DNA of 64,000 nt from Octopus vulgaris (taxonomy: Eukaryota), in the NCBI GenBank assembly GCA_951406725.2, contig OX597827.1:26908001-26972000 (forward strand), given 5' to 3'. Of this stretch, positions 40,601 through 54,302 are shown one piece after another (position 1 is the first letter of the stretch; every line of letters starts with the position of its first letter). Under the pieces are notes generated by a model. That model searched no databases, had not been told where the DNA came from, and saw nothing but the letters and a program-made list of their open reading frames with translations. The position numbers were made by a program, and so were the translations under genes.

Positions 40601-41159
40601 CTTTCTGTGTGTCTGCTTTGGTGTATGTGTGTGTGTGCGCGTGCGTGTGTGTATGCATGTGTTTAAAGTAGCTGGGTAGGTTCTAATTATTGTCTACTTC
40701 ATGTGTATGGACGGGAGATGCGGTTGGAGGGGAGGGGCACGGATATAAAAATTGGCGTAGACGACGACAGCAAAGATGAAAGTAATGGTCGTGTCTGTGT
40801 TGTTGTTGATGTTGTTTCTTAATTCAACCGTGATCTGATCAAGCATGTCTATGATCAAAAGACAATACTTTATTAATGACCATCCCGCCTTTTGGGGGTC
40901 CGGGTGGTAGAAACCGAGACTAAATTATCCAATGTGACCTTCACCTTGGAAAACAATGTGGTTGGTTATGATTTGAGAATCATCTAGCTGTTATTCCTGA
41001 TGTTGGTGATATCGAGGGATGGTTCCTTTCGTGGGTGGGGGTCATTTTTGGCAGTGATAATAGTTTTTAAATATTCCCACATCTACACACCCCTTCTAGT
41101 CTCTCCACATTTTTATTGTTTTATTGGTTTGGTGAAAAATGTCGTTTATAATGATTGTT

Positions 41160-41365
41160 TCAAATTTTTACACAAGGCCAGTAGTTTTAAGGGAGAAGGG
41201 TTGAGTCGATTACATCGATCCCACTGCTCGACTGGTACTTATTTTATCGACCCTGAAAGGATGAAAGGCAAAGTTAACCGCAGCAGTGCTTTCACTCAAC
41301 GTAAACATACAGATGAAATGCCGTTTAGCAATTTGTTCGACACGCTAAAGATTTTACCAGCTTGA
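41160..41365 (-). mobile_element. SINE family B monomer, diverged
   Basis: ACTGGTACTTATTTTATCGACCCTGAAAGGATGAAAGGCAAAGT. Confidence 0.75.
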
Positions 41366-43199
41366 CATCTAAATGTGGTTCATAATAATAATGATACCAT
41401 AACCACCTCTCACCTCACCTCCCCTAAAATCCGAATTCGTCATCTCTTGCACTGAAATCAACCTAAAATCACCTTGCTTTTTTTTTCGGCGTTGTACTCT
41501 AAATGGTTTTAAAGATTTGAAGAATGACAGCTCGCCGAAACGTTGGTTTCTCACTGCTCACACTAAATTATTACACTTTATTAATGATCTACAATATCAG
41601 ACTAGTTTTACAATATCAGACTAGTTTTACGTAGGAAACCTGAAGCCTCTATCTAGTATATAGGCCAGCAAGAAATAAGGAACGTATTTTCCCTTAACTC
41701 ACTGAAAATATGGTTCATATTGTTTGCCTTTCCTTATTTACCCACCACAACAACTTCCAGAAGCCACTCAACCAACCTCCGTTGCCATTAACACGAGGAT
41801 GTTAAGCCTAACATAAATATGTTACCTGGTTACTTTGGTGTTAGCCTCTGAAATATTTCTAAGACATTTGAAGAAGAACTTTTCTCCGAAATGTCAGCTT
41901 TTCACTGCACATGTCAAATTATTTCATTTTAATAGCTTTATGTATGAAGTTTTATAAAGTGAGTTTCGTTTTACTAAGGCAACCTCTACGTGATTACTTG
42001 ATTTATTAGAAATAGCCGCTAAATTTCACTTGTGCTCTACCAATCTTGAAATTTTAACAAAGGTAACATTAGATATTAGATACTTGAAATCTGAAAACCA
42101 TGCTCGGAGGTGGGATGGCAGCGGTTTGAATATTTTTGACCATTTCTACAGACTTGAGATCAAACTGCTTCCAACCACCACCATCATCACCACGTGCCAA
42201 TGAGAAAGACTTTACGTGGTAGCCGCTCGTTCAGAAATTATTTCCTATCATCATTAAAAAATTACAAGCTGAATAGTCATGGGTGGAAAGTCTATAATCA
42301 TTGACCTGAAGCTAAACAACTAAAACAATTGCAAGAACTAAGGGACTTTTACGTGGTTTCTCGACTTGCTAGTAATAACAGCCTTTTTGTCTAAGAAGAA
42401 GGCACGTTGAATAATGTGATCTTAGGTTACATGCACGCATGGTAAAGACGGGGTGGTCACAATTGGAATGTTTTTGATCATAAGTCTACTCGATGGGATT
42501 TGGTCTGAGGTTAAGCTACAAAAAAGCGCATATCACCACCACAAATCACAACTACCACCGCCACCGCAACCACAGCTAACACCACCTCGACCACAACACA
42601 TCACATCCACCACAGCCAGAACCACCTCCGCAAATCTCCAACGCCATTATAGAGCTTCCATCAAAGACTAATACACCACCAGCACAACCACAACCACGGC
42701 ATACCACCACCACCACCACTACCACCAACACTACGCATCATTACAATCACAGCCGTCATAAAACTCACCACTACCACGTACCACCGCCTCCAATATCACT
42801 CCCACGCACACTACTTCCCAACTGCCATAGAATCTTCACCATAATACCGCCACCACCACCACACTACCACCTCCACAACTCATTGGTGTCTGACAGCTCC
42901 ATTGATCCGACTATCGATTAAGTCGTTAAGCTGGGCTGATCTCAAGCTTTATACAATCACCTCCATTATTATCATCACTCTCATTATCATCACCACCACT
43001 ACCACCACCACCACCACCACCACTACCACCACCACCACCACCACCACCACCACCACCACCACCACCACCACTACCACAATCGTCATCATCATCTTGTCGT
43101 CGTCGTTCTTGTCATCGACACCGCCATCATCATCACCATCACTGCTGATGCAGGGACATCAATGTTGTTTTTGTTGACATTGTCAGTATAGTCCCCACC

Positions 43200-43230
<31 letters not shown>

Positions 43231-43547
43231 CCATCACAACCACTGCAATCACATCATTAAGCACAGCCACCCGCTAAACCTTCTCCAAATTTCTGGCCCA
43301 GCGCTTATTTATGAAATTACTCTTTGCATGTGTGTGAGAGAAAAAAAAGGAGACAGACAGACAGACAAACAGAGAGGGAGAGAGAAAGAGAGAGACAGAG
43401 ACAGAGAGTAGAACAACTGACAGGCACTCTGTGCGCCCCACCCAACCATCGCACTAACACCATCCCCACAACCAGCCTTACCAATTAACATGGTCGCATG
43501 TTAAAAGAATGCCGACCACAAAGGGACCACAAACGTGACAGATTATT

Positions 43548-43605
<58 letters not shown>

Positions 43606-43606
43606 A

Positions 43607-43681
<75 letters not shown>

Positions 43682-46084
43682 AATTTATTTATTTATTTCA
43701 TATCATATTATTGATTCAGTTACTTGTTTCTATTTTGCACACGATTGTCCTTGCTTCACATCCTACCCAATACCTCATTCTCAACAACAATAACAATAAG
43801 GGTAGCAACGAAGTAAGTCTCTCTGTCAACAGTTCCCATCTAGGGTTGAAGGACCACTGATGAGTGTGTCGGGTCCACTGAAAAGTTTAGTGAACAAAAT
43901 TCAACATTTGTCGCTCAAGCCAAGGACCATGATAAGCTGGGGGCCCTGTGGAAGCAAATTCTGTTAAATTAATCTGTAGTGGTAATACGACCTGCTAGAA
44001 ATAGCAACCAAATTCCTTCAAACCACTTCCTACTGGCAGGAGTGTCACCTTCGTTTGTGTGCCCGAGTGAAGCATAAGATTTCCCTGGTCGGATAGGGGC
44101 AATTATTCTAAAGAGCTTGCAATGCAGGTCTAAGTAAATGGATAAAGGGTTCAATAGAGGAAAGAATTGAAGTGTTGGCAAAGTTTCTGCACAGATAAAC
44201 TCGTCGAGATGCTGTGTGTGTGTGTGTGTATGTGTGTGTGTGTGTGTATGTGTGTGTGTGTATGTGTGTGTGTGTGTGTGTAATACGCACACCCACCCAC
44301 ACAGACACCATATGGTCGAGTTTATCTGTGTTAACACTTCAATTCTAGGTGGGTGGGTGTGCATACACACACGCAGTGGGAGAGACTGTTTAAGTATATC
44401 GTCAGAGTAAAAGCAATGATAGAAATACTCTAAATAAATGCATACAGTTCTCGAGAAGACCAATGCCTGATTGAAACCTTGGCGCTATTTCAGCTGGTTA
44501 TATTACTCAAATACATTCAGAACATGAGCGTAAATTTGAAAGAAAAAAAGAAAAAAAATCCTTCCGCTCGCCAGTCGCATTTTAGATTTATAAAAAACGG
44601 AAAGAGAACGGGATAGACAATGCACGAAAAAAAGGCCTCCGAGAGAGAAATTTGGCTCGATGAAACAAGACTGCTTTTGGGGTCCCAATGATATTAAAGG
44701 AAGGGTTTTTTCCCACCTTTATTTTTTGATATAGAGACGGGCCCTGCAGGTAGTTATGGATCCATCCTTGGTTCTCTGAACCCCATACCGATATTCGTTA
44801 CTTAGTCTCCCTTCTGATAGGCCCCGACTAGAACTTTTTTATTTATTTATCATGGGTCTGCTGGACCAGACCTGACCTGGGGTAAAATCCTTATCACTAC
44901 AACCACCACCACCCGCCTTCCTCATCAGACCCCACTAATACTGCTATCACCATCACTATTGGCACGATCGTCATTATCGAACCAAGGGGAGGGTGTCTAT
45001 GTGGCCCCTCGGCTTTCTAAAAATAGCAGTTACATCTCCCTCAAACAACACCCCCTACTGTTTTAGAAAAAGTAACTGACCTGGGGCTGGATAACAACCA
45101 CCATGTACCAGGAAAATCAGTACCTCAGCCATCATCACGACCGCCATCATTAACAGCGACCATCTTGACCATGAGCCAAAGGGGAGGCAACTCAGCATGG
45201 TCTCTCGATATGCTAAATGTAGCAGCCAATCGACTTGTCCAGGTTGATCTCGTATTAAACACCAACGATAAAAGCGACAACCCCCCCCCCCCACCTGCCA
45301 CTCCTTATACTACCACCGCTGCTCACCGTTCACCTCTAGCACTCACTATCTTCATTATCACCATCGCCTATTACCAACGCAAGCCTCTCTCCTACCACCA
45401 CCACCACCATCACTACCACCATCACTGGCCCTCCCTATTACTGCTGCTATTACTATTACTCCCACCATCACCCACCAGCCACGCTAGCCCCCTCTCGTAC
45501 TACTACCACCCCCACTGTCACTAACACCTCTACTGCAATTGTTCTTTCATTAGGCATGCTTTTGTGTATGACCTTACTGAACTGGCATGGTTCGCTGAAA
45601 AAACAAGAGGGGGCATTTGACAGTTGTCTGGTGTTAGAGGAAATAAAGGGAAATCCATCAAATATGAGCCAAAGTCAAACAAACGATGGAGGTAATGTGT
45701 GACACTCCCTCTGATCTATCCCATAACTGATCCCTAAAAACAAAAACAAAAAAAGACGAATAAAAAAGGTTTTCATTGATTTAGTATTAGTAACGGGAGA
45801 AAGGAAGGGGACGTAACTAAATTATATGTCAAACGTAACTAAATGACTTACGTTATTTCAGTTACCTCCCTTCATGCTCTAAACACATGAATCGATCGGA
45901 AATCGATGCTGCTCTTTCATTTTTCGAGGGTGGGGTGGGCGTGGAAATGATTCAAGGATTAAATATCATAATTTAATCGAATAACCCCTTCAACCCCCGT
46001 CACTCAGACACACACACACACACACACACAGCACTATTACACACAATGTTACAAATCGGTAGAGCGGCGCTATTTTATCTCTTT

Positions 46085-46860
46085 TATTTTTACATTCCGG
46101 ATGCAAATCGACGCCCACACAGAGGTCAGCTTTGTCTTTTTCCCTTCAACTTTCGACAAAGACCTGGCTAAAGACTTAGGCTTGATCCATCGCTGTTTAA
46201 TCACTTGTCTTTCTCATGTCCTTCATTAGTAGTTACAATACAACTGACTTTTCCAGTACCACTAAATTCCGGTCTTTGTGTCCATTGCAGAAATTATAGG
46301 GCGATCGATTGAGCAAATCATAAAAGAGTCGGATAAAATGCTTTCACGTGTTTAGAGCTCTTTACACTCTGAGTTTAAATACTGTTCTGATCAGCTTTAT
46401 TTAATCGACACCCAAAAGGATGAAAGAGTAAAGTACCAGTGAAATACTGGGGTCGACATAACCCACAGTCACCTCTCTACAAATGTTTGGTTCTGTGTCT
46501 TTTACGATAAAACTTTGTCTTTCATCATATCAGGAGCAATAAATTAAAGTATCAATGAAATACTGGAGTCGATTACATCGATAAACACCAATCCTTCGAA
46601 AGTGTTGGCCTTCTGCTTAAATCAGAAATTATTTAGAGCAGTGAATTGGCAGAATTATTAACGCGTCAGACAAGATCCTTAGCAACATTTCTTCCGGCTC
46701 TTTACTTTCTGAGTTCAAATGTTACCCTGGCCAATTTTGCCTCTCATCTTTTCGAGGTCGATAAAATAAAGTACCAACGAAGCACTCAAGTTGATGGTTT
46801 AACTAACGCCCTCTTACCTCAAATAGCTGACCCTGCGCTAAAATTTGAAACCATAGGTAG
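46085..46860 (+). mobile_element. Old, degenerate tandem SINE family B relics
   Basis: Recurrent GAGTT(C/T)AAAT, AAAGTACCAGTGAAATACTGGGGTCGA and TTGGCAGAATTATTAAC. Confidence 0.6.
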
Positions 46861-47549
46861 TAGTCATAAAACTTATGAGGGAAGCAAACTTTCGCTAAAA
46901 GAAACCTCGATTCAGTTACAAATTCCAGCCTAAATTCATTTCTCGACGTTTATGTTATAATTACTTTTCCGCTAAAACCTAACCAGTCAGTCAGGAAGAA
47001 AGATTTCAGCACCACACTAAATGCTTAACACATTTATAGGTTTGCCCTCCACTTACATTCGTGTTCCAACTGTCAACATAATCGGAGCTATAAAATAAAT
47101 ACCAGTAATATATTGTGGCGAATCCAATTATTGATACTGTTCGTTAGCTTTTGTTTTAGCCCTGAGGAGTCCTGCTACGCAGCTGGACGTGTCTGAGTAA
47201 ACTTCCAAGACTTTTACACATACCTCTTCCATCGGTTTGCTCCACACGATCCCGGCGTGTGCTTAAATTTTATTACTGTCTCCAACTAGCCTTGAAATAC
47301 TAAGCGTTACGCAAAGCGCTTTTGGGTGCCTGATCAATGACATCGCATCTGTTTTACCTTTGTTTTTGTTACCTCCATGTTGTCCAGAAATGCTTTATGA
47401 AATTTGTCCTTCCATGTTTGTTTATATCTTTAAGACTGCAATGTTTTATATAATGGAGATTTAGCTGCTACTTCAACTAGGCCATGCCACATCTTAGAGC
47501 TTTCTCCAGTCTTTTATGCTTTATTCAATAAAGTACTGATTTTTTTGGC

Positions 47550-47736
47550 ATAAAAATTGACGTAGTACATAGTGTAAACATCAGTCAAACATCGTTAATA
47601 TTTTTCCAAACCGAACTGCATTTCACGTGGAATTTTTACCCCTTCACAGTGGGCTTGGTGTATAAGTCGACCTATCGTCTTTTTGACTGCAAATTTTGCC
47701 CCGAAAATTTCGAACTGTATTCCGGAGAATTCGGTA
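47550..47736. mobile_element. Second (inverted) copy of the 60.25-kb MITE family
   Basis: GGTGTATAAGTCGACCTA, CTGCAAATTT, CCGAAAATTTCGA and the end CGGTA are inverse matches to 60253-60436. Confidence 0.5.
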
Positions 47737-47848
47737 CATCCCTGCTCTTTACAGATTTGAAATCTTGTATCAAATGACAGGACAAAATAGTTATTGCATG
47801 GACAGTTTCATTTTCATGAATCCTTTCGCCATTATACTTGATCTATAA

Positions 47849-48030
47849 GGCTGCGAGCTGGCAGAATCATTAGCATGCTGCACAAAATGATTAGCAGCAT
47901 TTTGCCTGTCTTTATGTTCTGAGCTCAAATTCCGCCGACGTCTACTTTGCCTTTCATTCTTTCCTGGTCGATGTAATCGACAACCCTACACCCTCTAAAA
48001 TTTCAGGCCTTGTGCCTATAGTAGAAATGG
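47849..48030 (+). mobile_element. SINE family B monomer
   Basis: GGCTGCGAGCTGGCAGAATCATTAGC ... AAAATTTCAGGCCTTGTGCCTATAGTAGAAA. Confidence 0.8.
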
Positions 48031-48412
48031 TTATACTTGTTCTATTTTTCCTAAATTTTACGTAACTTGAGTTGAGCTGAACCCGGTGTAAACCAAGTTA
48101 GTTTTAATTAAATTTTAATTTAAATTTCATTTAATCTAATTCCAGAAGAACAGTTTTTTTTAATTAATCAAATTAATACATAGAATTGTCCGGTTTTATT
48201 AGCGAAAATATGTCACTAGTTTAGGACTATTTAATAAAAGTATTATATTTTTAATTTATAATATTTAAGGCAAAGATTAATGTGTAAGAAATTAAAATTC
48301 TTTTGAGGAAAACTGTATATCACTCACGACTTTGTCTTTGTTGCGAAAACACATGCCCTTCCCCCTCCCGTCGTGCAGTGATTCTCTTGCTTTATCTTGT
48401 TTTCATTCGTGT

Positions 48413-48690
<278 letters not shown>

Positions 48691-48840
48691 GTATGTATGC
48701 ATGTAGGTGCTCCAGCATGGCCACACAGTAAATAGAAGGATATATATATATATATATATATGGACGCAGGAGTCGCTGTGTAATAAGAAGCTTGCTTCCC
48801 AATCACATGGTTCCGGATTCAGTCCCACTGCTGGCACCTT

Positions 48841-49963
48841 GTGGAAAGAGTCAAATACCATTCTGCTATATAAGAAGGGCGATAGAGAAGATCTTAAAGA
48901 ACTACCGACACATATGCCTGCTGTCTCACGTGTACAAGCTATTCACAAAGATAATTCTGAACAGGTTGTCACGTCATCTCGACGAACAACCGAGGGAATA
49001 AGCCGGCTTCAGGAAGAACTACAGCACGATGGACCATTTATTTACTATAGCACAACTACTTGAGAGAGCGAATGAGTATGCACAGGGAACTGCCTCTCTT
49101 TGCGTTGCGTTTGTAGACTATGAGAAGGCATAATCGACAGTGTCGAAACCAACGCAGTGCTGAACTCGCTGCAGAGGCAAGGAGTCGAGGCGCAATATGT
49201 GCAACTGCTCAGGGAGGCAAATTCCTGATGCACCACCGACATAGCTCTGCTGTCATCAGGCGTACGAGTGCCGGTCGAGATGAGTGAAGCAGTTAGGAGA
49301 TGCGATCTCTCCAAAAACTTTTCACCGCATGTCTCGAGCAGATCATCAGATTCATCGACTGGCAAGGCGGTGTCAACATTAATGGCGAGCTAGTCACCAC
49401 TTCCGTTTCGCTGATGATATCGTAATCATCGCCGAAACCACAGATCAGCTTCAGACCATGCTCACGGAGCTCGACACCAAAAGTTCTGCAGTAGGTCTCA
49501 AGATGAACCGCTTGAAAATGAAGTTCATGCGGTCCGACAACGTACCAACAGGTCGAATGGTGGTTGGCAGTGATGAAATAGAGGAGGGAAAGGAATATGT
49601 CTACCTGGAACAGGAAGTGAATATGTGCCGAGACATTGAAAAGGAGATATCGCGGAGAGTATAAGTCGGATGGAAGGCGTTTAATGGCATAAGGGATATG
49701 CTCAAGGGAAGGTTGAACAGGACCACCTGCGCCAACTTCATCAATAGCACAGGTCTACCTGCAATGTTATATGGTAGTGAAACATGGGCTACAACAAAGA
49801 AAGAAGAGCAGAGATTGGTAACGGCTCAAAGAGCAATGGAGAGGTCAATGCTTGGAATCTCGTTGAGAGAGCACATCAGTAGCGAGGTCATCAGACGGAA
49901 GTCCGGTGTGAGAGATGTCATCGTAGAATATACACACGCAACAAGTTTAGATGGGCTGGACAC
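48841..49963 (+). mobile_element. RTE-clade non-LTR retrotransposon, decayed reverse-transcriptase fragment
   Basis: Across frameshifts and stops: [103 protein letters not shown], RWAGH. These are RT motifs typical of RTE LINEs. Confidence 0.92.
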
Positions 49964-49999
49964 TAAACTTATAAATCACCGATATATATATATATGTAT

Positions 50000-50036
<37 letters not shown>

Positions 50037-50125
50037 AATCCAAACGGAAACAAAAAAACAACAACAAGGGAACAATTACAGTATTATTATTAATAGGCGC
50101 TCAGGAAATGGAAGCAGGGAGGTAT

Positions 50126-50152
50126 GACGTTTCGAGCGGAGCTCTTCGTCGG
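50126..50152 (-). ncRNA. Minimal hammerhead ribozyme-like motif (core variant CCGACGA)
   Basis: Minus strand CCGACGA-A-GAGC TCC GCTC-GAAA-CGTC: perfect 4-bp stem II and a GUC site. Confidence 0.55.
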
Positions 50153-50899
50153 AAACATAAAGAAGGAAGAGAGAGGAAAGAAAGATCCCGGAGCGGGCAA
50201 CGGAGATAGAGAAAAAACGGCTGGTGTTAGCAGAAGCACATGGTGAAAGGCGGATGTTTACGATAACAAGAGCAAAGTGGGTTTTTAAAGGCAAAAGAGT
50301 GGAGACAAGGTTGGTAACGCAACAGATGTGTGTGTATGTGTGAGTGTGTGCGTGTGCGTGTGTGTATGTGTGTGTGTGAGGCGAGGTAAAAAAACAAAAA
50401 ATATATGTATGTGTTAGTGTGTGCGTCTGTGTGTAGGCGTGTGAGGTAGGGCGAGACGGTGGTCAGCATAGCAGCAGCATAGCAGACAAAGGTCAGTAGT
50501 GAGAAAAGGGAGGAAGGAGGAAGGGAGGGAGGGGAAGGGGTGGGGGCGTATGTAGCGTGCCAGCGTGTGTTGAGTAGTAGTGTGTGTGTGTGTCCAGTGT
50601 CGTGGTAGTATTAGTGGCGAGTAGATTGAATGTGTGTAAGAGTGATGTATATGTTTAAGCAATGTGTGTATATGTGTGCGCGTGTGTGTAACGAAAAAAG
50701 GGGGGGTTAGGAAAAGGACTCCAGCGGAGGGGAAGATGGAAGGAGTGGTCCCGCGGAGACGGGCGTGGGAAAACCCAACGACAAGCGACATCCCAGGAAC
50801 GGGCGGGAGGTCTCGTCGGATCCAAGGGCGAGGTGCATGCGGGCGCATGCGTGCGCGAACCGGCGCAAACGCGTGTGTGCGCGAGCCTGCGAGTGTGCG

Positions 50900-51732
50900 C
50901 GTACGTATGTGTGCGTGTGGATGTGTGAGTGTGTCTGTGTGTATGTCTGGGTGGCAGTGTGTCCGATGAATGTATGTAAGTATGTGTGTATATATGTGTG
51001 TGCATAGATGTATGTCCGTGTGTGTGTGTGTGTGTGTATGTGTGTATGAGTGTGTATGTATGTACGTGTGGGTGTGGGGAAGTGTGTGTATGTGCATGTG
51101 TGTGCGCGAACATACAGGTGTGTGAGTGAGTGCGTGTGTGTGTATGTATGTGTGAGTGTGTATGTATGTGTGTGTAGGATGCATGTATGTGTATGGGTGT
51201 ATGTATGCGTGTGTGTATGTATGTATGTGTACGTGCGTGTGTGTGTGTGTATGCGTGTAGGTGTGCGCGTGTGCATGCGTGCATGTATGTGCGTATGTGT
51301 GTGTGTGTGCATGTGTGTGGGTATATATGTGTGTGCGTATATGTGTGTGTATGTGCGTACATGTGTGTGTGTGTGCATGTGTGTGTGTAGGTGTGTAGGC
51401 GTGTGTGTATAGGTGTATGTATGTAAGTATGTATGGGTGTGTCCGTGTATGTGTGTATGTATGTGTGTGTATGTAGCTGTGTGGGCGTGTGTATATGTGT
51501 GTGTATGTAGGTGTGTAGGCGTGTGTATATAGGTGTATGTATGTATGTCTGGGTGTGTCCGTGCATGTTTGTGTGTGTGTGTGTGTGCATGTGTATGTAG
51601 GTGTGTGTGTACGTGTGTAATGTATGTGTGTATGCGTGTGTATGCGTGCGTGTGTGTATGTAGGTGCGTGTGTATGTGTGTGGGAGTGTAGGTGTGTGTG
51701 TGCGTGTGCGTGTTTATGTTGGTGTGTGCGTA
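50900..51732. repeat. Degenerate (TG/TA)n tract abutting the gap
   Basis: Directly visible; source of the long His/Thr ORFs. Confidence 0.9.
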
Positions 51733-51832
51733 NNNNNNNNNNNNNNNNNNNNNNNNNNNNNNNNNNNNNNNNNNNNNNNNNNNNNNNNNNNNNNNNNNNN
51801 NNNNNNNNNNNNNNNNNNNNNNNNNNNNNNNN
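51733..51832. other. Assembly gap (100 N)
   Basis: Run of N. Confidence 0.99.
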
Positions 51833-52458
51833 CAGTTCTCTCTTTCGTTTTATGTATGTGTGTGTGTCTCTGTGTGTGTATAAGCACACCTACATTCATG
51901 TATGTAGGTGTTATGGAGGGGGTGTTTTTACCTTTGTGTTACGACCTAATTTTTCTAATTAATGTTCCTCCTCCTCCTTCATCCACACCTTCATCATCAT
52001 CATCATCATCATCATCAACAACATTCACAATGTCAACATCATAGTATTTATTGGGGAGAGGAATTTTATTCCAGTTTCACGGTCGACAGATATTGCTAAT
52101 TCTTCCGTTGTTATTGCCGTTGGTGATGATGATGATGATGATGAATACGACGACAGCGACAACGTTTCAAAACTCGTCTAACATAAAAAAATGTTTTAAA
52201 ATAGGTAAAAATATGCAAAATTGCCAAGTTTTGGCAGAAAAACCTCTGGGAGTAAATTGTTTTGTTTATTTATTTGTTTCTTTTTGGTAAATCTTATTTT
52301 ATTAAGCAGAAGCAGTTAAAATTAATAACCTGATAGTTTACATGTGAGACAGATTCGATTATTAGGTAACACACACACCGCACGCGAGCGCACACACACA
52401 CACACTTTGACACAAACACATACATACATACATGTATGCATACATATATAGATACATA

Positions 52459-52629
52459 GGCACGGGCGTGGTTGTGTGGTAACAAACTTCCTTACCAACT
52501 GCATGGTTCCGGGTTCAGTCCCACTGCGTGGCACCTTGAGTGAGTGTCTTCTACTGTAACCCCGGGCCGACCAAAGCTTTGTGAGTGGATGAGTGGATTT
52601 GTTAGACAGAAACTGAAAGAAGTCCGTCG

Positions 52630-52722
<93 letters not shown>

Positions 52723-52920
52723 GTGTGTGTGTTTGTTCGCCACCATCGCTTGATGACCGATGTTTGTGTTTAAGTCCCCATAACTTAATGGTTCGGCAAA
52801 AGGGGCCGATAGAATAAATACTAGGCTTACAATGAATAAGTCCTGGGTTCGATTTGTTTGACTAAAGGCAGTGCTGCAGCATGGCCTCAGTCATATGACT
52901 AAAACAAATAAAAGAATAAA
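52459..52920 (+). mobile_element. SINE family A copy with internal (TATC)n
   Basis: Full head-to-tail match to family A; the internal tract 52631-52720 is (TATC)n. Confidence 0.88.
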
Positions 52921-52931
52921 AATGTGTGTGC

Positions 52932-52965
<34 letters not shown>

Positions 52966-53159
52966 CCAAAATGCTACTTTTAAAATGTCTTTAAGGGATC
53001 AACGCAGTAGTTGTACTAACAAGTGATATTCGTAGCCACTTTAACATGGCTGTCCGTGCATCGTTAACCAACTAGTGGAGATGTCCTCTTGGGATTAAAA
53101 AATCGCAGTAGAGTCCACTCGAACGGACAGCCATGTTAAAGTGACTACGAATATTACTT

Positions 53160-53225
<66 letters not shown>

Positions 53226-53255
53226 ATGATAATATTAATAGTTAGTTCTTTTTAT

Positions 53256-53312
<57 letters not shown>

Positions 53313-53664
53313 GTAATGATAATAATAGTAATGATAATAATATAAGAGAGTATAACTCCAAACTTACTGGGAAAAATTCAATTTAGTATTAAATCAAATT
53401 TCACTGTATAATTATATTAAATATAAATTAGAGATGAAACCACGTCCACTTTCCCTTAATTTTTATCGTAGTCGATAAAAAAGTACCATTTGAGTACTGT
53501 AGCGAAATTTGAAAATGTGTCATACGAACAAAAGTGTTATTCAGTTCATATATTCAGCGGTTAATTGTGATAAGCGAGATCTTACGTAAAGGACACAGCT
53601 AACACTTCAAGTTAACTCGTATTGAAGCAACTCCGAGTAATTCTTTCTACATTTTGTGAGAGGG

Positions 53665-53993
53665 GATAGACGACGCCAGTGCTCAACTGATACTTATTTC
53701 ATCGACCCCGAAAGGATAAAAGGCAAAGTCGACCTCGGTGGAATTTGAACTCAGAACAGCAAAATACCAATTTCTTTACTACCCACAAGGGACTAAACAC
53801 AGAGAGGACAAACAAGGACAGACAAATGGATTAAGTCGATTATATCGACCCCAGTGCGTAAATGGTACTTAATTTATCGACCCCGAAAGGATGAAAGGCA
53901 AAGTCGACCTCGGCGGAATTTGAAGTCAGAACGTAACGGCAGACAAAATACCTCTAAGCATTTTGCCCGGCGTGCTAACGTATCTGCCAGCTC
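53665..53993 (-). mobile_element. SINE family B, dimeric composite
   Basis: Two ATCGACCCCGAAAGGATRAAAGGCAAAGTCGACCTCGG blocks; head TCTGCCAGCTC. Confidence 0.87.
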
Positions 53994-54302
53994 CCGAGTA
54001 ATGCTTCTACAAAGAGTAGAGGAGAGGAGAAAAGAGGAAAAATATACTAAAAGACCCAGATTGGTGACGTTGCATTAAAATACTTTGTTTTTATTTGAAA
54101 TTTGATTTTTTAATTAAATTTTTATTTATTGTTTTTCCTTTTCAAATATTTCTCTACTTAATTTTCTTGACCAGTGTGGTCTTGCACTATTTACTGAAGT
54201 TTCTGTCAATGCGATGAAAAAAATCGAGGCATAAGGAATCTTTTTGTACATATCCCTTAATAGCACCAAACTTTAATAATAATAATAACAACAATAACAA
54301 CA

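Noticed and set aside
43857-43893. CTGATGA-GTG...CAC-T-GAAA hammerhead-like string
   Set aside because: Extra base before GAAA, no palindromic or hairpin stem III and no stem I; compatible with chance.
50690-50890. GC-rich segment resembling a CpG island or foreign DNA
   Set aside because: It sits in irregular sequence near the gap and has no coding or motif structure; likely low-quality sequence.
50414-51889. 491-aa His/Thr-rich ORF and overlapping ORFs
   Set aside because: Degenerate (CA)n translation spanning the N gap.
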